A stretch of DNA of 64,000 nucleotides from Perkinsela sp. CCAP 1560/9 (taxonomy: Eukaryota; Protista; Euglenozoa: Kinetoplastea): positions 186,001 to 250,000 of the forward strand of contig CBFFSA010000014.1 in the NCBI GenBank assembly GCA_965644495.1. The letters run 5' to 3'. Of this stretch, positions 55,841 to 64,000 are shown in pieces (the stretch's first letter is position 1; each line of letters opens with the position of its first letter). The notes below the pieces were generated by a model. That model was not told the origin of the DNA. It saw only the letters and a program-made list of their open reading frames with translations, and did not search any database. The translations under genes were made by a program, and so were the position numbers.

Positions 55841-56839
55841 TCAGCAGGATTCAGCTGATGAACTGTATTCATCATCTTCGTCGTCGGTATCAGTCTGTCC
55901 TTTAAAACGTATTTTCGTACCGTACGTCATAAAGGTAGTGGACAAAGACTCTGGGAGCATAGACACATCAATTTCACCTTGGAGATTCTGGTTGTCTTCG
56001 AGGTCCAATGTTTCCAATCGTGCGGGAAGATGAACAAAGCGCACTAACCCAGAAAACAAATTATTGGCACAGTAAAGATCTATCAATGACGAGGGTAAAT
56101 GTTGTAACTCTAGAGAGCCGGTAAAACAATTACACGATAAATTGAGATATTGAAGTTTTTTCGGTAAGTTTAGAAGATTCAATTCTCCCTGTAAAAGATT
56201 TTTATGAAGGCGAAGATGAGTCAAACTCATTGGAAGTGTTGCTAACTCAATATGTCCATCGAACTGATTGGATTCGGCATCCAACTCGTCTAGAGTGTTG
56301 GGCAAGTGAACTAAATCCAAAGGTCCTGTAAATTTGTTTGTAGAGAGCCCAAGGTAAAAAATGTTTGTGGGTAATCTGCCCAACTCTGCACTTCCCGTTA
56401 TGTTGTTTCTCCACACGTTGAATTCTCGTAGTGTTTCCGGTAGCCATTCCAATCGTAATAACCCAGTAAGATTAATGTCAAGCAAAGAAATTCTCGTGAC
56501 CCGCAGATCAGCGTCACACATGACGCTTTTCCATCCACATGCTGGTGTCGAAGTCGTCCAAGACATTGGCGGGTTATCAATGGCTTGAAAGAGTCGTGCA
56601 AGCTCGTATTCCTGTGGCAAGTTTGCCCCTCGTATTTTTCCTAAACCGGAAGACAAAACAGAGCCGTGTACACGTTCGTTCACTTTTAGGATACTACAGT
56701 CCTTCTTTTGCCGCTTAGTCGGTGGCCGTAAATCACTACATTGGCATGCTCGAAAGCGGATCACATGAAAAGATTTCGGTGGAAAAGTCATGAAAAAAGG
56801 TTGTGATAAAGGCAGTGAAAATATAATCAAAAGGATCAT
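55841..56839 (-). CDS. Leucine-rich repeat protein
   Basis: LRR N-cap WTTSTPACGWKSVMC; ~7 repeats of LPxxLxxLxLxxNxFxG; acidic tail. Confidence 0.92.
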   Translation of the reverse strand: MILLIIFSLPLSQPFFMTFPPKSFHVIRFRACQCSDLRPPTKRQKKDCSILKVNERVHGSVLSSGLGKIRGANLPQEYELARLFQAIDNPPMSWTTSTPACGWKSVMCDADLRVTRISLLDINLTGLLRLEWLPETLREFNVWRNNITGSAELGRLPTNIFYLGLSTNKFTGPLDLVHLPNTLDELDAESNQFDGHIELATLPMSLTHLRLHKNLLQGELNLLNLPKKLQYLNLSCNCFTGSLELQHLPSSLIDLYCANNLFSGLVRFVHLPARLETLDLEDNQNLQGEIDVSMLPESLSTTFMTYGTKIRFKGQTDTDDEDDEYSSSAESC

Positions 56840-56854
56840 TTGAGGTCGCAGATA

Positions 56855-57623
56855 CAGGGGTGAACAGAAATCTTGCCCCCCCCCCGCGGAAATTTGACTT
56901 TTTTTTATCCGCTTTTGCTCATCTTTGCAGCATTCGAGAGATCTCGTTTTCCTAGCGAAGGGCTTTGCCGCCTTTTTTTCATAGGGACCCCCTGGGGCTC
57001 ATACGGCGACCCGAAAATCGACCTGAAACAAGATTTTAGAAAACTCAAATTTTGAAAATTAAGTGAGAAAATGCAGAAAATGCCGATCAGTAAGAACTAC
57101 TATACGTGATTTAAACTTACTTTAAACTACTAACTTCTATACGTGATTTAAACTTTGTAGATTAGTGCCCAGAATGTCCGCCGTCATTTTCTAATACTAT
57201 TCGGAGTCTTTTGGGTTTAGGGTTTGTAGATCTCGTTTTCACAGTTTCACATAAGGGAAAAATGTACGTGAGGGATACAAATTTGCTAAAAATCATGTTT
57301 TTTATTCCATGAGAGCTCTAAGGAGCCATTATGAAAGAAATGCAGCAAGACTATTCGCTATGAGAACGAGATTCATCAAATGCGATTAAAACGAGCAAAA
57401 GTGTGAAGGACATAATTTCATAAAACTTAAAAAAGGCGTAAAAAAATAGGTGCGTTCCAGAAAAATGGTATCTAAAAACCATGTGTTTTGGACCTAGGAG
57501 GTCCCTATGAAAAAAAGCCCCTCGCTGGGAAAACGAGATTTCTCCAATGCTGCAAAGATGAGCAAAAACGGATAAAAAAAGTCAAATTTCCGCGGGGGGG
57601 GGCAAGATTTCTGTTCACCCCTG
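56855..57623. mobile_element. Tc1/mariner-type MITE with ~100-bp TIRs, TA-flanked
   Basis: caggggtgaacagaaatcttgcccc... is mirrored at the right end. Confidence 0.92.
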
Positions 57624-57789
57624 TATCTGCGACTTAATTAAAGCGAAAATTTTATAGTTAAACTAATTCACCGAAACTTACTGTTTTTTAGGCATTCTGA
57701 ATGCCTCTTTAGTAGAGTATAGTGCTTTGTTTAACTCATAATCTACATACATGTAGATTTTACACAAGATGTATTTTTATCGTAATCGA

Positions 57790-58230
57790 TGACTAGGTTG
57801 TTCAACATTTTCATGTCTCTTGGTTGTTACGTCGATCTTAAGCGTCACGGAAGAAAGTATCGTTTCTCGGCTTCGTTCTCATTCTTTCGGTTCACACACG
57901 CCTTGTCTCCGACGTAATGCAGAACCTCAAGGGAAGGTTTGCTACAAGAAGCTGCCGGATGGCACTCAATGCCGAAGAAAATTATCAGAATTTGATCTTT
58001 TTTCTACGTCGTGTAAAAGGCCTAGGAAGCACTTTTCGTACTTGGATGCTGGTAGCGGGAGGCAATTTACCACATGTTATTACTTTACTAATTGGTAGAT
58101 CCTTGCGTGCAGTGACAAGCTATCTTGCTAACATCGAATAGGTTTTCTTAATTGACCGAGCCCCTCAAAATCTCATAATTTTTCTAATGGTAGATGAAAC
58201 GTACATCGGGAAGCGGCTTGTTTCGGAAAA
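57790..58230 (+). pseudogene. Merlin/IS1595-like transposase relic
   Basis: Cys pair (VCYKK...QCRRKLS) followed, after stops, by MVDETYIGKR at ~58188. Confidence 0.55.
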
Positions 58231-58643
58231 GAGATTTTTCGAATCCAAGAACGTTCAAGCCGGAGAAGCTGTGCCAGTATAAATACTTTCAGAGGTTTTC
58301 GAAGAAGGATGACCATTTACAAAACACCGCCGGGGCCATGTACGAAACGTATAAAAAACAAGGATAGAGTTAGACGAATTGCTCATCGGTAGCGTGTATA
58401 CCATGAGGTTTGTACCCCGTGTAAACTTCTTCTTCCAATGGAATACATCTTGTGATACTGATTCTTCCCATGTGAAATCGTATATCGAATACACCCCCTC
58501 ATAAAAGATCCTATCAACTCAACCTTTCTTTACAAAGAGACCCCTCAATAGTGAAAAGTTTTAAATTCTTGTATCCCTTCCTCAAACCAACCCTTTTTTT
58601 CATTCCCCCCAACCCCTTAGGCTACCCCCCCGCCTCCCATCCC

Positions 58644-59534
58644 CTAATTCCCCACCCTCATCCCCAACACCCGTCGCAGTGACTCCACCAGGTACCACGA
58701 CAGGCACACCTGCGGAACCACCCGGCTCAACTCCACCGTATACCCGCGGTAGAGCCCCACCGGTCCGTTACGCCTGACCACCCCCATCGCACACGCGGCC
58801 ATACTCCCCCCGTACCTCCGCGCCCCCCCGCCGGCCCCATCCATCATCATCCGTCGCCGAATCACATCCAGCGGGAGGGTACAGGAGACACTCGCGACCC
58901 CAGCCACGCAGGAGGCCCCTAATGTCGATCCCGTCCACCCAATGGAGTCCCCATAGTTACGGAGTAACGCAAACTTTGTGGTTTCATACACAGAGAAGTG
59001 CAAGCAGAGGTCCGGGATGCGCTGCAGCACGGTGGGGGTGAGTCCCTTGTACCAGCCCCGGACCCCCTCCTCTTTTCGGATACGACCCAGGGAGGGGAGG
59101 ATGCCGTGGTAGGAGGAGTTGGGGCTCATCAGTCGGGTGCGCACGACATCGAGGGGGAAGCAGGCGACGGTGGCCACACACCCGCTGACGCCCCCGGCGA
59201 GGGTTTTCATCAGGAAACTGCTCTCCTCGACCCCGGAGAAGTCCCGGATGCGGAACTTCACGGCGTCGTAGACAAAGAGCTGGATGCCGGAGTAGGGGAA
59301 GCGGTGGACGACCATGGTGAGGTTGCCGCGGAAGAGGCCCCGGGGACCTTCTTTTTGCCACAGGGTGCGGACGGTGGGGAGGATTTGCTTGGAGGCGTCG
59401 TCGAGTTGCATCACGACGACGATACGGGAGAGCGGGGAGAGGGCGCTTTTGGCCGCGCTGTTGCCAATGCCACCGGCGAGGAAGTTCACGAGAGGGGTGT
59501 TTTCTTTTTCGGGGGTGGGGGTGGTGGTTGTCAT
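58644..59534 (-). CDS. Mitochondrial carrier (SLC25) protein
   Basis: Three repeats (PLSRIV, PLDVVRTR, PLDVIRRR); EGPRGLFRGN...RFPYSGIQ. Confidence 0.95.
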   Translation of the reverse strand: MTTTTPTPEKENTPLVNFLAGGIGNSAAKSALSPLSRIVVVMQLDDASKQILPTVRTLWQKEGPRGLFRGNLTMVVHRFPYSGIQLFVYDAVKFRIRDFSGVEESSFLMKTLAGGVSGCVATVACFPLDVVRTRLMSPNSSYHGILPSLGRIRKEEGVRGWYKGLTPTVLQRIPDLCLHFSVYETTKFALLRNYGDSIGWTGSTLGASCVAGVASVSCTLPLDVIRRRMMMDGAGGGARRYGGSMAACAMGVVRRNGPVGLYRGYTVELSRVVPQVCLSWYLVESLRRVLGMRVGN

Positions 59535-59876
59535 GGAGAGAGAGAGAGAGTGGCTGTGAAAGGGAGGAGAGGCGAATAAAAATGGGGTTAAAAAGTGGTG
59601 TCGTTTGGATTAGGAGACACATTGTATAAAGCTCGCCCCCGATAGGATACACTTCCGCTATACCACAACGTTTAAAGCCTCGTTGTTATAAAATTGGCGT
59701 ACGCTCCCGATCACTCCTCTCTCTTCTGTTTCAATACCTTAAATGATTTCCGCATATCGGGCCTACCATCACATGCCAGTTTTAATACCGCGCAGTATGT
59801 TTCAACAGTGTATGTTTCAACAGTATATTCCAACAAAATATCGTTCTCCTCCTATACTAAAACCACCCCACCCACC

Positions 59877-61616
59877 TTATGCTTTCACCCGCAACGCACC
59901 CGCAATCGTCTCCACGGCCTTTATATCCCGTATCAGATGCCCAATCGCATCCTGCATCATCTTACTCGGATCCGACGTCCGGTCCCGTGACACCGTATGA
60001 ATCGTACTCCCCTCAATATAAAAATCCAACCCATCCGGAGAGGCCATCCTCCGTGGCCCCGACAACCCACGTCCGGGGCCTCCTTTCCCCCCCCCACCCC
60101 CTGTCTCCTTCCTCCCCCGTGTCCCCACCGCACCCGAAGAAGGAGACTTTGTCTTTTTCTGTGTCGCCCCCTCTCCTTTCGACGTTGCCTTTTCCCCCCC
60201 CTCCCCCTCCCCCTGCGGCTGCTGCTGCTGGAACCCCTTATGCTTCCAACACAGCAGGTGGGCCGTCATCTCCCCCCCGCCCACTTCGGGGGCCCCGTGC
60301 AGCCCCGCGAGCCGGTCCACCCCCATCCCCCCGTACAGCCCCAGGTACGACCGCAGCACCGGCACCCACGCCTGCTGCTGCACCTCCCGGTACAGCATCA
60401 CCGCGTGGGAGGCCATCCGCACGAACGGGGAGTGGGCGTAGACGGAGTCCGCGTCCTCGGGGCGCCCCGCGGGCGTGAGGAACTTCGGGCAGGCCCTGCG
60501 GAAGGCGTGCCGGAAGGTGTCCTCCTCGTAGGTGAGCGCGAGGAGCTCCTCCGGGGGGGCGGGGAGGGCGGCCCTCAACGTGTCCTCCACGGGGGCGGGG
60601 TACAGCGTGAGCACGAGGGCGAGGGCGGCGGTGGAGTGGCGGCGGAGGGTCGCGAGGGTCTGCTGGGGGTCGGGGAGGGCGGCGTAGGTGTTGGCCCAGC
60701 GCAGGGCACGGAGCAGGAGGTGGTGGGCGTCGGGGTAGCGCCGGAGCATGAGGGCGGAGAAGCCGGCGTGGTAGTGGAGGGTGAGGCAGCAGGGGGGGAG
60801 GGCGTGGCAGGGGGCGTCGAGGCGGTCGAGGGTGGCGGGGAGGAGGAGGGGGGTGCCCTCGAGGGTGCGGAGGGCGGTGTAGTAGTCCCCGAGCTGGGTG
60901 TGGAGACGGAGGAGTTGGATGAGGGCGTAGTACCCGGTGAGGGGGAGGGGGTGGGTGAGCTCGGGGGCGTCGCAGGCGAGTAGCGCGCGGATGTTGCTGC
61001 GCTCGACGAGGTCAGTGAGGTGCTGGATGACACTTGCGGGGTTGCACACCTCCGTGGGGGGTTGGTGAAGACGGGTGGCGAGGTTGTCCCCCTCACGGTA
61101 CCGTGCGTGGCAGTAGGTTTGGGTTTGGTAAACGAACTCGTTGAGGAGGTCCCAGCTCCACTTGTTGGGGAGGGCGAGCGTAAACGTGCCCTCTTTGAGC
61201 ATACGGAAATAGTCGCGGTAGTTCTCCCACGCCTCGATGCGGACGGCGGTGGGTACGTCACGCTGCTCATGGAGGTAGCGGAAGTAGAGCTCTTTGTACA
61301 GAAAGCACGCCACGGGGTCGGTCCCGAGATGGGACTGAATGGAGGACAGCGCGGGCCACTGACGTCCCGCGGTACGCTGTGCGTTCCGCTGGTTGCTGCG
61401 CGTCCCGGCACGGTTTTTGTCGGCGCCTTTGCGGGCGGCGTTAGTCTTTTCTTCACGGGTGATGCTCGCCTCGCTTTTGTAGTGCTCCTCGGTAAGGTGA
61501 GGATAGGTGACATCGTAGAGACGAGTAATGTCTTTGATTTTCTTTTCGCGAGCAGCCGTCGAGAGATCACGTAGGAATTGTTTCACATTCTCCGGTATGG
61601 AGTCCTGTGCGGGCAT
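59877..61616 (-). CDS. EIF3L: Translation initiation factor eIF3 subunit L
   Basis: Motifs LYKELYFR, LPNKWSWDLLNEFVYQ, LLRLHTQLGDY, ACPKFL, LRSYLGLY, LDFYIEG. Confidence 0.95.
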   Translation of the reverse strand: MPAQDSIPENVKQFLRDLSTAAREKKIKDITRLYDVTYPHLTEEHYKSEASITREEKTNAARKGADKNRAGTRSNQRNAQRTAGRQWPALSSIQSHLGTDPVACFLYKELYFRYLHEQRDVPTAVRIEAWENYRDYFRMLKEGTFTLALPNKWSWDLLNEFVYQTQTYCHARYREGDNLATRLHQPPTEVCNPASVIQHLTDLVERSNIRALLACDAPELTHPLPLTGYYALIQLLRLHTQLGDYYTALRTLEGTPLLLPATLDRLDAPCHALPPCCLTLHYHAGFSALMLRRYPDAHHLLLRALRWANTYAALPDPQQTLATLRRHSTAALALVLTLYPAPVEDTLRAALPAPPEELLALTYEEDTFRHAFRRACPKFLTPAGRPEDADSVYAHSPFVRMASHAVMLYREVQQQAWVPVLRSYLGLYGGMGVDRLAGLHGAPEVGGGEMTAHLLCWKHKGFQQQQPQGEGEGGEKATSKGEGATQKKTKSPSSGAVGTRGRKETGGGGGKGGPGRGLSGPRRMASPDGLDFYIEGSTIHTVSRDRTSDPSKMMQDAIGHLIRDIKAVETIAGALRVKA

Positions 61617-61811
61617 TGTGGTTTGCTACAAGATAAAATAAATAAAAGTGCACTATCTGATCGTTTTTTTCACACAAAATACTTACAATATGCGTATCCT
61701 TGAAAGCTTCCCCATGAATACTATTTTTTTATATGAAAGACATCTCGTTCCCACACGTTTTGCATACACATGTACGAACAAAATAATCCCCGCTCACGTA
61801 CCCCCTGTTCC

Positions 61812-63251
61812 TTAAAACAAGTACCGTTTGCTATTTGGCATACCATGTACATAGGCGCTCTTCTCGTTTTTATAATACGCGGGCCACAGCGAAGTGGCAC
61901 TTTGACGTCGCGGGCGGCGATACACATCCGGCAACCCCAATTGGTGACGTTCGGCAGCAAACTCCTCCGCGGATCCAATAGCCTCAGTACGTGGCAGTGT
62001 CCGAGATTGGGCTCGGGTCGGACGTCCGTGCTCGTCTTTGGTCCCATGTAAAACTGCGGACCAGCGTCGCTGGAAAGTCCAGCGAGAGAGGCGGTAGGAG
62101 GGACGGGTGGCACTCTGTTCCTCCCGGTCCCGCTCCATTGTGCGTAGTGTGTCCTCGAAATTCGGACCCACAGTGGACTGCAGCGCACGGCTGCGGGAGA
62201 CGAACGCGGAGAGGCGCTGATCTTTTTGTTTCGCCTCCAGAGCGCGCTCGGCGGCGACCGGGTCCAGCGGCCACCTGCCCTCGGTGGGGAGCCCACCAAG
62301 GATGTGCTTCGCTGTGGTATTGAGGTCTTCCGTGAGATCACGGCAGAACTCGGGCCACTCCCCAGGTGGAGTACCATCGTGAAGCTCCACGACGCGAATC
62401 TGACTCAGGCGCTCCATGCGCCGGATCAGATTCCACTTGTAGGGATGGCGGCAGCCAGCGATAAGGGATTTCTCCCGTTTCGAGAGCGGGAAGGTCTCGG
62501 TGCCATCCCGCTCCCTTCTTTTATTCTTGTGAGCCTCCCACGCCACACGACGTCGGTCTGGGGGAAGCCGGAGAAGTGAGGTGCGCAGGAGCTCGTCGTA
62601 CTCGGTGAGCCCGATGGCACCATAGAGCACACGGTCCCGCAGCCGCCGTGGGAGGTTGCGTGCCCACAGGGGGAACACCTGCTCGTCCCCCAGCATGTAC
62701 GCATCCAGCCGGTCCTCCGGGACCATCCCGGTCTCGGACTCTATCTTCTCCCGGTACTGTGCAATCTCCCGCTCGTCGCGCTCCGCTACCCGGAGTGAGG
62801 CTTTGGCTTGCCTATAGGCCGCCCGGGTAGGGGGAGAGAGGGACTTGATGCGACGCTTTAAAGTGCGAATACGCTCATTTAGCAGTCGAGTGTGATGTCC
62901 GCGAGGCAGGGAGGGTATACCCGTATTGGACTCCGCCATCACCCCTCCAAGATCCATATCGGTGGCGATCTCCTCCTCGGCACGGGTGGTGGGGGAGGCG
63001 CCGTGACGCAGGGCCTCGTAGGCGTCAGAGGAGACCTGGGCGGAGCGCAATCGCTGGGACATACGCTCCTGGTGGCGTTCTTTGTTTTGCTCCTGCACAC
63101 CGCGAAGATAATTCCCCGGGTTCTTGGATTTGTAGCCCTCAAGGTAGTCATGACGGGGGAAGGTTCGCGGCCGACTGGTGTAGTCGTGGATTTCCGTTCG
63201 CTGCGGGTAATAAATATGATGGCGTCGGAAATGCGAGACGCTGCGTCTCAT
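61812..63251 (-). CDS. Hypothetical Arg-rich protein, probably mitochondrial
   Basis: 479-aa ORF on the gene strand; MRRSVSHFRR presequence-like start. Confidence 0.75.
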   Translation of the reverse strand: MRRSVSHFRRHHIYYPQRTEIHDYTSRPRTFPRHDYLEGYKSKNPGNYLRGVQEQNKERHQERMSQRLRSAQVSSDAYEALRHGASPTTRAEEEIATDMDLGGVMAESNTGIPSLPRGHHTRLLNERIRTLKRRIKSLSPPTRAAYRQAKASLRVAERDEREIAQYREKIESETGMVPEDRLDAYMLGDEQVFPLWARNLPRRLRDRVLYGAIGLTEYDELLRTSLLRLPPDRRRVAWEAHKNKRRERDGTETFPLSKREKSLIAGCRHPYKWNLIRRMERLSQIRVVELHDGTPPGEWPEFCRDLTEDLNTTAKHILGGLPTEGRWPLDPVAAERALEAKQKDQRLSAFVSRSRALQSTVGPNFEDTLRTMERDREEQSATRPSYRLSRWTFQRRWSAVLHGTKDEHGRPTRAQSRTLPRTEAIGSAEEFAAERHQLGLPDVYRRPRRQSATSLWPAYYKNEKSAYVHGMPNSKRYLF

Positions 63252-63618
63252 AAGGGTGACATTTTAGATAGGAACAAAGAGTGAGTTGATTTTCTATACA
63301 GTTCTGAAAGAAAATGATTGGGCGAAGCAAATAAAAACTAATATCAAAGTCAGCTAATAAGAGCTTGAAAGTACATTACTGGGTGATCCAAAAGAGTGCT
63401 ACACGTGAACGTTTAATATCATCATGGTTATTTACTATAATAGTATCATCATTTTCTATTCTACTCTAGAAGAATTACACTCGTGTCCTACTTTTCGATT
63501 AAAGGTAGTACTATTTCATTTATAAAATGATTGCCCAAAAATAAATCGAATAGAGTAAGTTATGTTGTATAAAGTGCCTTATCAGCACGAACACCTCTGG
63601 ATATTTCGGTTCCTTCAT

Positions 63619-64000
63619 TCACTGAGTCTTACAGAAACAACAAATGATCCTAAAGAAAAAATACAGTATTCGGTGTAAAAAGGATACCCCGGGACCATTC
63701 TCATGTCCCGGATCCTCTACTTCATCCTCCGGCTCCCTGTGCGTCCTTCGCACGGGAGTGACAAACTTTTGGGGTGGGATCCTCACTTTCTCTTGTTCCT
63801 CTCTAAAGGAACTTCCAAGCAGCGTGGAGGCCGTAGCCTTCTCCCTTGGGTGTGCTCGATCCGTCCCGGGGGTATCCGGTACCGAAACGGGCATCCGCTC
63901 CGGGGAAGCGAGCAGCGAGGGTCTGGAACTCTCCGAGAATTCTCCCGCCATGTGCTCCATCGGGTTTAAATTTCCAGAGGAGGTAAGAGTGCCTGAGGCA
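63619..64000 (-). CDS. 3' end of a gene running off the window
   Basis: The frame stays open to position 64000; hydrophobic/Cys-rich tail. Confidence 0.5.
   Translation of the reverse strand, partial: ASGTLTSSGNLNPMEHMAGEFSESSRPSLLASPERMPVSVPDTPGTDRAHPREKATASTLLGSSFREEQEKVRIPPQKFVTPVRRTHREPEDEVEDPGHENGPGVSFLHRILYFFFRIICCFCKTQ

Noticed and set aside
59879-61574. Long overlapping and antisense ORFs over eIF3L (also over AlaRS, the carrier and eIF1A)
   Set aside because: Expected shadows of GC-rich coding sequence; no motifs.
1-64000. Prokaryotic operon or defence-island interpretation
   Set aside because: eIF1A, eIF3L, an SLC25 carrier, SL sequences and non-LTR elements indicate a eukaryotic nucleus.

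Overview
Eukaryotic nuclear DNA, most likely from a kinetoplastid (Perkinsela/bodonid-like; organism inferred, not proven). Support: all ~22 host genes are intronless and on the minus strand, like one polycistronic unit, and three spliced-leader (SL) exon-like sequences (core GATACAGTTTCTGTAC) occur at 31.4, 32.3 and 39.0 kb. Recognisable genes: frataxin, alanyl-tRNA synthetase, a divergent TFIP11/Ntr1-like protein, eIF1A, an RsuA/RluB-type pseudouridine synthase, a PCIF1-like methyltransferase, PPR-like proteins, an LRR protein, a mitochondrial carrier and eIF3L. Six paralogues of an uncharacterised ~570-660 aa family with repeated LOTUS/OST-HTH-like motifs are also present, most with mitochondrial-type N-termini. 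Gene blocks are separated by transposon islands (0-4.6, 19.4-26.3, 30.9-43.4, 56.8-58.3 kb). These hold an SL-associated CRE/SLACS-type retrotransposon with a 2A-like motif, whose endonuclease is split by a Tc1-type transposon, plus several TA-flanked MITE families and Merlin- and HERO-like relics. Top leads: a PRORP-like protein lacking its NYN nuclease domain, the six-member winged-helix family, a PCIF1-like enzyme with a dimethylase-like DIPY motif (cap-4 candidate), a pseudouridine synthase lacking its catalytic Asp, and recurrent intragenic C-to-G skew switches. All family assignments come from motif recognition by eye; no searches were run.
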